From contig CAVVTZ010000009.1 in assembly GCA_963751275.1 (NCBI GenBank), forward strand, positions 480,001 through 544,000: 64,000 nt of DNA, written 5' to 3'. Within the stretch, counting starts at the first letter, position 1. Each line of letters opens with the position of its first letter. Below the pieces are notes generated by a model, which was given only the letters and a program-made list of their open reading frames with translations, searched no databases and was not told the DNA's origin. Both the position numbers and the translations under genes were made by a program. This document shows positions 40,327-50,326 of this stretch, piece after piece. This DNA is from an uncultured Gemmatimonadaceae bacterium (GTDB taxonomy: Bacteria > Gemmatimonadota > Gemmatimonadetes > Gemmatimonadales > Gemmatimonadaceae).

Positions 40327-40965
40327 GTGCGTAAATGGATCGCTCCGCTGCTGATCGTGGTGAGCGTCGTCTTCACCGCCGCCGTCTACAGCCAGCTGCC
40401 GGACCGCATCGCCACGCATTTTGGCGTGAATGGTCCCGACCGTTGGTCCGGCAAGTTCTTCGGCGCTTGGCTGTTCCCCGCCATCGCCTTCGGCATCTGG
40501 GCGCTTCTCATCACGATCCCGCGCATCGACCCGCACCGCGCGAACTACGCGAAATTCCAGAGCGCATACGACACGATCGTGATCGCGTCGGTGCTCGTCA
40601 CCGTGCTCGTACAGATCGCCGTCCTCGGCTCCGCGCTCGGCTGGCCGATCCGCGTCGAGACCATGGTGCCCCTCGCCGTGGGCGGACTGTTCATCGTGAT
40701 CGGCGAACTCCTGCCGCGCTCGAGTCCCACGTGGTTCTTCGGCATCCGCACGCCGTGGACGTTGTCGAGTGACACCGTCTGGCACCGCACGCACCGGGTG
40801 GGGGGATTCCTGATGATCGTCGCCGGTCTGCTCATCATGAGCCTGGCGTTCCTGCGGTCGCGCGCGGCGGTGTACACGGTGATCGCACTCACCGCGGCGC
40901 TGATCCTGGCGACGGTCCCGTATTCGTATTTCGTGTACCGCTCCGTTGGCGGGAGTGGGAAGTAG
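40327..40965 (+). CDS. SdpI/YhfL-family membrane protein (DUF1648)
   Basis: LPDRIATHFG, GIRTPWTLSSDTVWHRTHR. Confidence 0.9.
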   Translation: MRKWIAPLLIVVSVVFTAAVYSQLPDRIATHFGVNGPDRWSGKFFGAWLFPAIAFGIWALLITIPRIDPHRANYAKFQSAYDTIVIASVLVTVLVQIAVLGSALGWPIRVETMVPLAVGGLFIVIGELLPRSSPTWFFGIRTPWTLSSDTVWHRTHRVGGFLMIVAGLLIMSLAFLRSRAAVYTVIALTAALILATVPYSYFVYRSVGGSGK

Positions 40966-40978
40966 CAATGCCGAAGTG

Positions 40979-41080
40979 CCTGACAGGATGAACATGATGG
41001 TCATGATGAACGGCCTGCCCGGCTTCGGTGGCATCGCTGCGCGCACGGTACATCATGACCATCATGTTCATCCTGTCAGG
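40979..41080. repeat. Perfect 30-bp inverted repeat (REP-like) between convergent genes
   Basis: cctgacaggatgaacatgatggtcatgatg (40979-41008) / catcatgaccatcatgttcatcctgtcagg (41051-41080). Confidence 0.85.
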
Positions 41081-41097
41081 GAGTTCGTTCCCACGAA

Positions 41098-42261
41098 CTA
41101 GTCCATCGCCTCCACGAGCGCCCCCTTGAGATATCCCGACTCGGGGATCGTGAGCACCTCGGGATGGTCCAGCGGCTGGCCGCGGACCTCGCGCAGCGCG
41201 ATGCGGCGGCCGCTGTCGGCGGCGGCGCTCTCGAGCATCTCGAGGAAGCCGGCCTTCGAGAGATGGAAGCTGCAGCTCGCCGTGAACATCAACCCGCCGC
41301 GCTCGAGCAGCCGCATGCCGCGCAGGTTGATCTCCTTGTAGCCGCGGATCGCGGCCGGCAGCGCGCTGCGTGATTTCGCGAAGGCCGGCGGATCCAGCAC
41401 GATCGTCTCGTAGCGCGCGCCGGCCTTCTCCTGCGCGCGGAGGAACTCGAACGCGTCCGACTCCACGAAATCAATGTTCGTGAGGCCGTTGCGCTCGGCG
41501 TTCGTGCGCGCCCGCGCGAGCGCGGCGGTGCTCGTGTCGAGCGCCGTGACCCGAGCCGCACGCGTCGCGAGGTGGAGCGCGAACGAGCCATGGTACGCGA
41601 AGCAGTCGAGCGCGCGCCCGCGCGCGAGCGTGCCGATCAGCACGCGGTTCTCGCGCTGGTCCAGGAACGCGCCGGTCTTCTGCCCCTCCCAAGGCGCGGC
41701 GAGATACTTCACGCCGTGCTCGTTCACCTCGATCTCGCGCGGCACGTCGCCGGCGAGCACCGCGGTCTCGCGCGCGAGCCCTTCCTTGTCGCGCACGTGC
41801 GCGTCGTTGCGCGCGAGGATCCCCGCCGGCCGCACGACCTCGGTGAGCGCGCTCACGATCTCCGCACGGTATCGTTCGAGTCCGGCGCTCAGCAGCTGCA
41901 CCACGAGCCACCGGTCGTAGCGGTCCACCACGAGCGACGGACACCCATCGGCCTCGCCGTGCACGACGCGGTACGCGTTCGTCTGGCCCTCCAGCGGCGT
42001 GCGGCGCACCGCCGCCTGCGCGATCCGCGCGCGCCACCACGCCGCATCGATCGTCGCCTGCGGATCGCGGTCGAGGCGCCGCAGCACGATCTCCGACCGC
42101 GGACTCCACAGCGCCCAGCCCAGCACCGCGCCCCCCTTCTCGCGCACGCGCACCGCGCCCGGCGGTTCGCCCGGCTCCGTCACGAGATCGCTGCGGAAGA
42201 TCCACGGATGTCCCGCCGCCCACCGGCGCGCGCCGCGCGCGGACACCACCGCGTCGGTCAC
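41098..42261 (-). CDS. RlmI/RlmK-family rRNA methyltransferase
   Basis: GHPWIF, GQKTGAFLDQRENR, IVLDPPAFAK, TASCS, YLK. Confidence 0.9.
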   Translation of the reverse strand: MTDAVVSARGARRWAAGHPWIFRSDLVTEPGEPPGAVRVREKGGAVLGWALWSPRSEIVLRRLDRDPQATIDAAWWRARIAQAAVRRTPLEGQTNAYRVVHGEADGCPSLVVDRYDRWLVVQLLSAGLERYRAEIVSALTEVVRPAGILARNDAHVRDKEGLARETAVLAGDVPREIEVNEHGVKYLAAPWEGQKTGAFLDQRENRVLIGTLARGRALDCFAYHGSFALHLATRAARVTALDTSTAALARARTNAERNGLTNIDFVESDAFEFLRAQEKAGARYETIVLDPPAFAKSRSALPAAIRGYKEINLRGMRLLERGGLMFTASCSFHLSKAGFLEMLESAAADSGRRIALREVRGQPLDHPEVLTIPESGYLKGALVEAMD

Positions 42262-42884
42262 GCCGGTCCCTCCATCGCGGCGCGCAAGGCACGCGCCGCC
42301 GCCTCGGGATCGCGCGCGCCCATCACCGCGCGGATCACCGCCACGCCGGCCGCTCCCGCGATCATCGCGGCCGCGGCGTTCCGCGCCTCGATCCCGCCGA
42401 TCGCGACCGCCGGCAGCCGGCAGGCACGCGCCAGCCGCGAGAACGCCACCGGTCCGATCGCGCGCCCCGCATCCGCCTTCGAACTCGTGTCGTACAGCGG
42501 TCCGATCCCCACATAGTCCGCGCCACGCGCGAGCACCACCTCGGCATCGCTCCCCACACTCGCGCCGATGAGGAATCCCGGAGGCACCAATCGCCGCGCC
42601 GCGGCCGCGGGAAGGTCATCCGGTCCCACGTGCACCCCCGCTGCGCCCGCCACCAGCGCCACATCCAGCCGGTCGTTCACCACGAGCGGCACGCCGCGCG
42701 GCAGCGCCACCGCCATCGCGCGCGCCACTTCCACCAGCGAGCGCGCATCCGCATCTTTGAGCCGCAGCTGGATCATCGTCGCGCCGCCGCGCACCGCGGC
42801 CAGCGCGCGCCCGATGAGCCCCGAAGTGCCGTCGCGCAGATCGTCGGTGATCGCCACCAGTCGCAGCGTGTTCGCGTCCATCAC
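42258..42884 (-). CDS. thiE: Thiamine-phosphate synthase
   Basis: IQLRLK, VNDRLDVA, GVHVGPDD, DYVGIGP, TSSK, AIGGI. Confidence 0.93.
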   Translation of the reverse strand: MMDANTLRLVAITDDLRDGTSGLIGRALAAVRGGATMIQLRLKDADARSLVEVARAMAVALPRGVPLVVNDRLDVALVAGAAGVHVGPDDLPAAAARRLVPPGFLIGASVGSDAEVVLARGADYVGIGPLYDTSSKADAGRAIGPVAFSRLARACRLPAVAIGGIEARNAAAAMIAGAAGVAVIRAVMGARDPEAAARALRAAMEGPA

Positions 42885-42895
42885 ACCGCCCCGCC

Positions 42896-43270
42896 ATGAT
42901 CGAGCGACACGTTCGCGCCATTCGCGGCGCCACCACGGTGAAGGAGGACACGGCCGCCGCCATCAACGCCGCGACCCAGACGCTCCTGCGCGAGATCGCC
43001 ACGCGCAACAACATCGCGCCAACCGATGTGATCAGCGCGCTCTTCACCGTCACCTCCGATCTGCGCAGCGAGTTCCCCGCGCGCGCCGCGCGCGAGCTCG
43101 GCTGGCTCGACGTACCGCTCCTCTGCACCGTGGAGATCCCCGTGCCCGGCGCGCTCCCGCGCTGCATCCGCGTGTTGTTGCACATCGAGACGCACCGTCC
43201 GCGCGGCGCCATCGAGCACGTCTATCTCGACGGCGCGCGCTCCCTCCGCCCCGATCTCCTCCGCGACTAG
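42896..43270 (+). CDS. aroH: Chorismate mutase, AroH class
   Basis: VRAIRGATTV, FPARAAR, PRCIRVL, HVYLDGARSLRPD. Confidence 0.93.
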   Translation: MIERHVRAIRGATTVKEDTAAAINAATQTLLREIATRNNIAPTDVISALFTVTSDLRSEFPARAARELGWLDVPLLCTVEIPVPGALPRCIRVLLHIETHRPRGAIEHVYLDGARSLRPDLLRD

Positions 43271-43284
43271 CGCCGCCGCCGCGC

Positions 43285-44286
43285 TCACGGCTTCTTCGCG
43301 CGCGCGCGCCGCGCCAGGCGCACGGCCTCGGAATGCGCGCGCGAGTTCGACCGGAACTCGTGGTGCCCATCCGGCATCGCCACGAAGTAGAGGTACGGCA
43401 CCTTCGCCGGATACAACGCCGCCTCCAGGCTCGCGCGCCCCGGTGACGCGATCGGTCCCGGCGGCAGTCCCGGGTACTTGTACGTGTTGTACGGCGAATC
43501 CACGAGCAGGTCGCGGTAGTACAGCCGGTCGCGGTGCAGCCCCAGCGCGTACTGCACGGTGGGATCCGCCTGCAGCAGCATGTGCTTCTTCAGGCGGTTG
43601 AGATACACCGCCGCGATCACCGGCCGCTCCTCGGGCAGCACCGCCTCCTTCTCCACGATCGACGCCAGCGTCACGATCTGGTTCCGGCTCATGCCGAGCT
43701 CGACCAGGCGGTCGTTCCACGCCGGGTCCCAGACGCTCTCGAAGCGCCTGGTCATCTCGCGCACCGCCGTGCGCGGCGCGGTGCCATACCCGAAGATGTA
43801 CGTGTCCGGGAACAGATACCCCTCCAGTGTGGATGCGGGCACGTCGAGCTCGTTGCGCAGCGCGGTGTCGCGCACCGCGGCGTCCACGGAATCCTCCGGC
43901 GCGCCGAGCGCCTGCGCGAGCGCCGGCACGATCGCACTCAGCCCCCAGCCCTCGGGGATCGTCAGGCGGTTCTCGATCCCCTCGCCAACGCGCAGCGCGC
44001 GCACCAGCGCGGGCCAGCTGATGTCCGTGTGGATGGCGTAGTTGCCCGCCTTGATGTCCTTCGAGCCCCCGCTCATCCGCGCATACCAGCGGAAGAGGGT
44101 CGCCGAGGAGACCACGCCGTACTTCGCGAGCGAATCCGCGGTGGAGCGCAAGCTGGCGCCCGCCGGGATCGTCACGTGCGCCACCGGGCCCGTCAGTGGC
44201 CCGCTGCTGCACGCCGCTGCCGCGAGCATGCACGCGGCGCCGTAGGCCAGCGCGCGCCGCGCGCTACTCGGCGAGCCGGAGCGCAT
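43285..44286 (-). CDS. mltG: Endolytic transglycosylase MltG
   Basis: [45 protein letters not shown]. Confidence 0.93.
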   Translation of the reverse strand: MRSGSPSSARRALAYGAACMLAAAACSSGPLTGPVAHVTIPAGASLRSTADSLAKYGVVSSATLFRWYARMSGGSKDIKAGNYAIHTDISWPALVRALRVGEGIENRLTIPEGWGLSAIVPALAQALGAPEDSVDAAVRDTALRNELDVPASTLEGYLFPDTYIFGYGTAPRTAVREMTRRFESVWDPAWNDRLVELGMSRNQIVTLASIVEKEAVLPEERPVIAAVYLNRLKKHMLLQADPTVQYALGLHRDRLYYRDLLVDSPYNTYKYPGLPPGPIASPGRASLEAALYPAKVPYLYFVAMPDGHHEFRSNSRAHSEAVRLARRARAKKP

Positions 44287-44692
44287 GCTGAAGGAGGATG
44301 GTGGCGGCCAATGCATCCACGTCGCCTTTGCGTCCGCGCGTCGAGCCGCCCATCTCGCGCACCGTGCGCAGCGCCGCGGCCGTGGTGTATCGCTCATCCA
44401 CGAGCGCCACCGGCAGCCCGGTGCGCTTCTCGAGCTCGGCGGCGATCGCGCGAACCTCAGTGGCCCGCAGCGTGTCATCGCCGCGCTCATCCAGCGGCAG
44501 CCCGATCACGAACGCGCTCGCCTCGTGCGCCGCGGCGCGCCGCACCAGTTCGGCCACCGGCGCGCGCTTCCCCGCGCGGCGCACGATGTGCCCCAGCGGC
44601 GACGCGATCATGCGCATCGGATCGCTGAGCGCGAGTCCCACGCGCTTGTCGCCATAGTCGATCGCGAGGATCCGGCCCGGCTCGGTGGCCAC
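44264..44692 (-). CDS. ruvX: YqgF/RuvX
   Basis: [35 protein letters not shown]. Confidence 0.93.
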   Translation of the reverse strand: MATEPGRILAIDYGDKRVGLALSDPMRMIASPLGHIVRRAGKRAPVAELVRRAAAHEASAFVIGLPLDERGDDTLRATEVRAIAAELEKRTGLPVALVDERYTTAAALRTVREMGGSTRGRKGDVDALAATILLQHALRLAE

Positions 44693-44694
44693 GC

Positions 44695-45980
44695 TCACGC
44701 CTCGTGCATCATGTCGAAGAATTCCTTGTTCGTCTTCTGGCGCGCCATCCGCTTGATGAGGAACTCGATCGCCTCGGCCTCCGGCCTGTCGCCGAGGAAA
44801 TTGCGGAGGAGGTACATGCGGTTCAGCTCTTTTTGGTCCAGCAGGAGTTCTTCCTTCCGCGTGCCCGAGCGGTTGATGTCGATCGCGGGATAGATCCGCC
44901 GCTCGGCGATCGCCGCGGTCGAGCACGAGCTCCATGTTGCCGGTGCCCTTGAACTCCTCGAAGATCACTTCGTCCATGCGCGATCCGGTCTCGATCAGCG
45001 CCGTGGCGACGATCGTGAGCGAGCCGCCGCCGTCGATGTTGCGCGCGCTGCCGAAGAACCGCTTCGGCTTCTGCATGCGCGCTGGAGTCCACGCCGCCCG
45101 AGAGGATCTTCCCGCCGTGCGGCATCACCGTGTTGTGCGCGCGCGCGAGGCGCGTGATCGAGTCGAGCAGGATCACCACGTCCTTGCCGTTCTCGACGAG
45201 CCGCTTCGCCTTCTCGATCACCATCTCGGCGACCTGCACGTGCCGGCTCGCGGGTTCGTCGAAGGTCGAGCTGATGACCTCGGCCTGCGGCACCTGCGCC
45301 TTGAAGTCGGTGACTTCCTCGGGCCGCTCGTCGATGAGCAGCACGATCAGCGTGACCTCGGGATGATTCTCGACGATCGCGTTCGCCATCTTCTGCAGCA
45401 GGATCGTCTTGCCGGCGCGCGGCGGCGCGACGATCAGGCCGCGCTGTCCCTTGCCGATGGGGGCGATGCAGGTCGATCACGCGCATCGAGAGATCGTCGT
45501 GCTTGCGATTCGAGACGCAGGCGGCGGTCGGGATAGCGCGGGCGCATCGTGTCGAACGTCGGGACGGACCTTCATCGTCTCCGGATCGGAACCGTTCACC
45601 GACTCGACCTTGAGCAGCGCGAGATAGCGCTCGCCCGGCTTCGGCGGCCGCACCTGGCCCTCGATCGTGTCGCCGGTGCGCAGGCCGAAGCGCTTGATCT
45701 GCGACGGGCTCACGTAGATGTCGTCCGGTCCGGCGAGGTAGCTCCAGTCGGGGCTGCGCAGGAAGCCGTAGCCCTCCGCGAGGATCTCGAGCGTGCCCTC
45801 GGCGCGCAGCATCGTATCCGTCTTGAGCAGCGCGTGCTCGATGCGAAGGATCAGGTCTTGCTTCCGAAGGCCCGAGACGCCGGCGATATTCAGGCCGGTG
45901 GCCATCGTCTGCAGATCGGGAACGGATTTGCGGCGGAGTTCAGCGATGTCCACGGCAGCGGGCGGGGGCGGGATCGTCAC
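44695..45980 (-). CDS. rho: Transcription termination factor Rho (indels)
   Basis: [48 protein letters not shown]. Confidence 0.95.
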
Positions 45981-46100
45981 GGCGCGGGAACGGATGCACG
46001 CGGAGCGCGTGCGGCGCGGGACGGCGGGAGAGCGACGGGCGGGGGAGGGGCGGAGGGTGGCGCACGGCCAAGCTATGTCGGAGCCGATGGAGGGTCAATA

Positions 46101-47030
46101 GTGGACGAAGTCGAGATCGTGGAAGCGGAGCCTGAAGAAGAGTGGGAGTGGCAGCCGCCGCGCGAGCGCTGGTGGCTGCACGGATTGCTCTTCGCCATCA
46201 CGCTCCTCTCGATGACCGTCGCGGGGGTGACGATCGCCGGGCACGGCTTCGACTGGAGCGCGCTGTCGCCGGCGTCGCTGCGACTCGGGCTTTCGTTCTC
46301 GCTGCCGGTGGCCGCGATCCTGCTCGCGCACGAATCCGGGCACTACTTCGCGGCGCGCCGATATCGCGTGGATGCGAGCCCGCCGTATTTCATCCCGTTC
46401 TGGCCCGACTGGAACCTGCTCGGCACGCTGGGCGCGTTCATTCGGATCCGCTCGCCGATCTTCGACCGGCGCACGCTGTTCGACATCGGCATTGCGGGCC
46501 CGCTCGCGGGCATGGCGGTGGCGCTTCCGGTGCTCTTTCTCGGCGTGGCGCTGAGCACGCCCGCGATGATGGCGGGCCGTCCGCTCGCGGATCAGATCAT
46601 CGTGTGGGGCGGCACGCCGCTCTACTTCGGCGACTCGATCATCATGTCGGTGGCACGCGCGGTGGCGGGGGTGCATGGGACGCTGATGCTGCATCCGGTG
46701 GCGGTGGCCGGCTGGGTGGGCCTGCTCGTCACGTCGCTGAATTTGCTGCCGCTCGCGCAATTCGATGGCGGCCACATCCTGTACGCGATGAGCGGGCGCG
46801 CGCAGCGTCTCACCGCGATCTACGTGTGGATCTCGCTCCTGGGATTCGGATTCCTCTGGCCGGGCTGGTGGCTGTGGGCCGTGGTCGCGATGGCGGTGGG
46901 GCGGGGCAGACTGTCGCATCCCGAAGTGCTCGCGCCCGCGATCCCGCTCGATCGGAATCGGCTGATCCTCGGGTGGGTCGCGATCGCGATCTTCGTCATC
47001 ACCTTCGCGCCGATGCCGATCGCGGGGTAG
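46101..47030 (+). CDS. Site-2 protease (M50)
   Basis: LAHESGH, AGPLAG, LNLLPLAQFDGGH. Confidence 0.9.
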   Translation: MDEVEIVEAEPEEEWEWQPPRERWWLHGLLFAITLLSMTVAGVTIAGHGFDWSALSPASLRLGLSFSLPVAAILLAHESGHYFAARRYRVDASPPYFIPFWPDWNLLGTLGAFIRIRSPIFDRRTLFDIGIAGPLAGMAVALPVLFLGVALSTPAMMAGRPLADQIIVWGGTPLYFGDSIIMSVARAVAGVHGTLMLHPVAVAGWVGLLVTSLNLLPLAQFDGGHILYAMSGRAQRLTAIYVWISLLGFGFLWPGWWLWAVVAMAVGRGRLSHPEVLAPAIPLDRNRLILGWVAIAIFVITFAPMPIAG

Positions 47031-47050
47031 AGCGGGCGTTCGACCTGGCG

Positions 47051-47641
47051 CTACTCTCCCTTCCGGCGCTGCTCCCTCCACATTTGCCCGCTGATCGATG
47101 TGACGGCGCTCGATTCCTCGGCGGTCAGATGGCGGAGTGGTTCCGCGGCCTTGTCGGGACTCTCCCTGTCCAGGTCGGGGAGTGTGATCACCCAATCGCG
47201 AAGAGTCGAATCGACGTCGAGATCATCGGGGTAGAACTTCAACGGTTTGTCCTTCGCCCGACTGGGCACGAGAAGAATCCACCGACCGGGGCCGGGGCCC
47301 TCGTCGCCACCGTCACCACCACCCGCGCGGAACCCCAAGATCTCGTCGCGCCGCAGCCGCCGGGGCTTCACGGGAAACGCGTCCCGAACCTCGATCGCAT
47401 CTTTGGTGAGAATCAGCTGCCACCGGGCCACATGCTGAAAGGTCCAGAACGCTCCCGCGAGGAGCAGCAGCCAAGTTCCTTCTAGTACTGCCAGTAGCGA
47501 GCCGCGGGGATGCTGGGTCTTCGAGAACAGAATGCCGGCTCCCAGGCCGATGACGAAGATGCTCGGCACCACTCGCAACACGATGCGGTTGGAGCGGCTC
47601 TGCCGGTACGTGTGCGGGGATGCGGCGGACTGAGATTCCAC
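47051..47641 (-). CDS. Hypothetical two-TM protein (start uncertain)
   Basis: Two hydrophobic helices followed by a soluble domain. Confidence 0.5.
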   Translation of the reverse strand: MESQSAASPHTYRQSRSNRIVLRVVPSIFVIGLGAGILFSKTQHPRGSLLAVLEGTWLLLLAGAFWTFQHVARWQLILTKDAIEVRDAFPVKPRRLRRDEILGFRAGGGDGGDEGPGPGRWILLVPSRAKDKPLKFYPDDLDVDSTLRDWVITLPDLDRESPDKAAEPLRHLTAEESSAVTSISGQMWREQRRKGE

Positions 47642-47740
47642 GATGCTGTCGACTCGGCGCGATGGAGTGTGACAGCATACGTAGGCCACGCTCTGCCGTC
47701 CAGCGCGGGCACGGTGCCGCGGCAATATGCGCGATGCACG

Positions 47741-47770
47741 AAGCCCCGCCCGTTGTTCCGGGCGGGGCTT
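47741..47770 (-). terminator. Hairpin terminating the tRNA cluster
   Basis: aagccccgcccg-ttgttc-cgggcggggctt. Confidence 0.6.
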
Positions 47771-47788
47771 CTGATCTCGATCGCGGAG

Positions 47789-47862
47789 TGCGCGAGGAGG
47801 GATTCGAACCCTCGACCTTCGGCTCCGGAGGCCGACGCTCTATCCAGCTGAGCTACCCGCGC
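47789..47862 (-). tRNA. tRNA-Arg(CCG)
   Basis: Cloverleaf; anticodon arm tcggc-ctCCGga-gccga; GGTTCGAATCC. Confidence 0.95.
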
Positions 47863-47902
47863 TCAACGCTTACCCGGAGCGGTCCACTGCTCCGTTCACA
47901 TA

Positions 47903-47980
47903 TGGTCGGGGCGAGTGGATTTGAACCACCGACCTCCTGGTCCCGAACCAGGCGCGCTAACCGGACTGCGCCACGCCCCG
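47903..47980 (-). tRNA. tRNA-Pro(CGG)
   Basis: cctgg-ttCGGga-ccagg; encoded CCA. Confidence 0.95.
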
Positions 47981-48013
47981 CCTGTGCCACCTCTCCATTC
48001 GATCGGTGGCGAA

Positions 48014-48090
48014 TGGTGCGCCCGGAGAGACTCGAACTCCCAACCTTCTGATCCGTAGTCAGATGCTCTATCCAATTGAGCTACGGGCGC
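48014..48090 (-). tRNA. tRNA-Arg(ACG)
   Basis: tctga-ctACGga-tcaga; encoded CCA. Confidence 0.95.
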
Positions 48091-48210
48091 CCGTCTGGAA
48101 CTTTCGATGTGCAAGCTACGACGGCGGCTGCGTCCGCATTGCAACGGACACACCCGCCGTTGGACTGCAAACTAGCGGCGCGCGAATGCGCGGTCAAGCG
48201 AAATTCACGC

Positions 48211-48274
48211 TCGGGAATCGGGAGTCGGGAATCGCCAGCGACGCAGGGAGTCGATTCCCGACTCCCGATTCCCG
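48211..48274. repeat. Inverted pair of GGGAATC/GGGAGTC heptamer arrays in a tRNA spacer
   Basis: cgggaatcgggagtcgggaatcg ... cgattcccgactcccgattcccg. Confidence 0.8.
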
Positions 48275-48284
48275 GGGTCGTTCA

Positions 48285-48358
48285 TGGGCGGTACAAGACT
48301 CGAACTTGTGACCTCCACGATGTCAACGTGGCGCTCTAACCAACTGAGCTAACCGCCC
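48285..48358 (-). tRNA. tRNA-Val(GAC)
   Basis: ccacg-ttGACat-cgtgg. Confidence 0.95.
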
Positions 48359-48497
48359 GGCAGTTGTCTAAACGCTAACGACTAACGACTCCCTAACAAC
48401 TGACGACTTCCTAACGTCCAACCACCGGTGTTCGCTGCCCGGCCCGCCGACAACCCGCAGAACAAAACGGGTGTCCAATACGTAGTAAATGTAGCGA

Positions 48498-48570
48498 AGC
48501 GGGAAACGGGACTCGAACCCGCGACCCCAACCTTGGCAAGGTTGTGCTCTACCAACTGAGCTATTCCCGC
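48498..48570 (-). tRNA. tRNA-Gly(GCC)
   Basis: caacc-ttGCCaa-ggttg. Confidence 0.95.
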
Positions 48571-48624
48571 GTTGACGCCGTTCCCATGTGGGAGGAACGA
48601 GGCCCGAGATGCACGATCGGCCAG

Positions 48625-48697
<73 letters not shown>

Positions 48698-48730
48698 TGG
48701 AGACCACCCGGATTCCGCCGGGAACCTCTA

Positions 48731-48759
48731 AGGCTAGGTATGGGTATATGGTCTGTCAA
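48731..48759 (-). promoter_or_regulatory. Promoter of the tRNA cluster
   Basis: TTGACA-N17-TAGCCT on the minus strand. Confidence 0.6.
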
Positions 48760-48926
48760 GCAATCTCAAGATCCGACTCTGGCGGAATCGCCAAAAAAGT
48801 GTATGTTAGCACGGCTCTCCCGACCCGCGAGTCAGTTAGGGGTCCCGAGGCCACAGCTTCCGCCGATCGTGACAGTCCACCGTCACTATCTAAATAGATG
48901 CACCACCGCAAGTTGAGGTTCCCACA

Positions 48927-49814
48927 ATGACCGAAGTCAAGCGCCGCCGCCGTCGCACGACCCCCGCCGGGATCGCGCCGAACGAGCCTGATCGCGATAT
49001 CCTCGACCAGTACCTCTACGAAGTCTCCACCTACCCCCTCCTCAAGGGCACGGCGGAGTTCGACCTCGCCCGCAAGATCCGCGCGGGCGACCAGGAGGCC
49101 CTTCAGGAGCTCGTGAAGCGCAACCTCCGCTTCGTGATCTCGGTCGCCAAGAAGTACCAGAACCGCGGCCTTCCCCTCATCGATCTCATCGGCGAAGGGA
49201 ATGTCGGACTGCTCACCGCTGCGCGGAAATTCGACCCCGACCAGGGCGTCAAGTTCATCTCGTACGCGGTGTGGTGGATCCGCCAGGCGATCCTCTCGGC
49301 GCTCGCGCGCCAGGGCCGCACGGTCCGCGTTCCGCTCAACCGCACGGCCGACCTCTCGCGCATCATCAAGGCCTCCGAGATCCTGCGCCAGAAGCTGCGC
49401 CGTGAGCCGAGTCCCGAGGAGCTGGCCCAGCTCACCGGACTCAGCGTGGACGTCGTGCAGTCGCTCGCCGCACTGAACACCGGCGACGTGCGCCTGGATG
49501 CTCCGATGGATCCCGACGGCGATCGCTCGCTCATCGAGCGCTTCGTCGCCGACGAAGTCCCGGATCCGGAAGAGGAAGCGATGAACCGCTTCGTCACCGA
49601 CGAGATCGAGACCGCGCTGGGCACGCTGCCGGCGCGCGACGCGAAGGTCCTGCGTCTCTACTTCGGTCTCGACGGCGGCCGCGAGCACACGCTCGAAGAG
49701 ATCGGCGCGATGCTCGGCGTCACGCGCGAGCGTGTCCGCCAGCTCCGCGACCGCGCCCTCAAGCGCCTCCGCGAAGGCGACGTCGGCAAGGCACTCGGCT
49801 CCTTCGCGGCGTAG
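48927..49814 (+). CDS. RNA polymerase sigma-70 factor (RpoD/RpoS-like, no region 1.1)
   Basis: NLRFVISVAKKY, DLIGEGNVGL, KFISYAVWWIRQAI, TLEEIG, TRERVRQ. Confidence 0.93.
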   Translation: MTEVKRRRRRTTPAGIAPNEPDRDILDQYLYEVSTYPLLKGTAEFDLARKIRAGDQEALQELVKRNLRFVISVAKKYQNRGLPLIDLIGEGNVGLLTAARKFDPDQGVKFISYAVWWIRQAILSALARQGRTVRVPLNRTADLSRIIKASEILRQKLRREPSPEELAQLTGLSVDVVQSLAALNTGDVRLDAPMDPDGDRSLIERFVADEVPDPEEEAMNRFVTDEIETALGTLPARDAKVLRLYFGLDGGREHTLEEIGAMLGVTRERVRQLRDRALKRLREGDVGKALGSFAA

Positions 49815-49838
49815 TTCTTCAGGAAGTAGGTAGTCAAG

Positions 49839-49875
49839 GCGGCGCGGGATCTCAGATCTCGCGCCGCTTCTTTTT
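49839..49875 (+). terminator. Intrinsic terminator after the sigma gene
   Basis: gcggcgcgggatct-c-agatctcgcgccgc followed by ttcttttt. Confidence 0.75.
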
Positions 49876-49924
49876 CATCGCCCGGTCGCGGGTCGGCCGC
49901 GGCTCCGACGCCTACGCGCTTACA

Positions 49925-50230
49925 CGCTTCGAGCCTCGCGGCTGAACTGCGCCGCGAGTCTCTCGCTACGCGCGACGGCGCCTTCGCCGCACCCGCCCCG
50001 CTCGCCGACGATGTCCCTTGAACCGCACGCGGAGCCGCAGTTTGCCCGCGCCTCCTCCTCTCCGAAGAACAAGGTGCCGCGCGTCTCCTGGCGGAGCCGA
50101 AATCAAGGCGCGGCCGGCACTCCTCGTGAACGCGGTGCCTCTAGATCTCCCGGCGGGCGGCGCGCTCCCGAGCGCGGCCTCAGCGAAAAGCGAGAGACTC
50201 GCGGCGCCGTTAGCCGCGAGGCTCGAAGCG
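49925..50230. repeat. REPIN-like element: two inverted arms of about 42 bp, each itself palindromic
   Basis: cgcttcgagcctcgcggctgaactgcgccgcgagtctctcgct (49925-49967) vs agcgagagactcgcggcgccgttagccgcgaggctcgaagcg (50189-50230). Confidence 0.75.
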
Positions 50231-50326
50231 GTTTGAGCGTCGGCCGCTGCGAGGGAGTGCGCCGCCCGCCGGACCCGCGCGATGCACCGATGCAGTTGTA
50301 GTTCCCCCGCCGCGCGCCGAAGGAGA

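Noticed and set aside
40327..40965. Sdp toxin/immunity locus
   Set aside because: Lone SdpI-family gene with no sdpABC or sdpR; such orphans are common.
47051..47800. Genomic island integrated at tRNA-Arg(CCG)
   Set aside because: Only one small hypothetical gene, with no integrase and no duplicated tRNA 3' end found.
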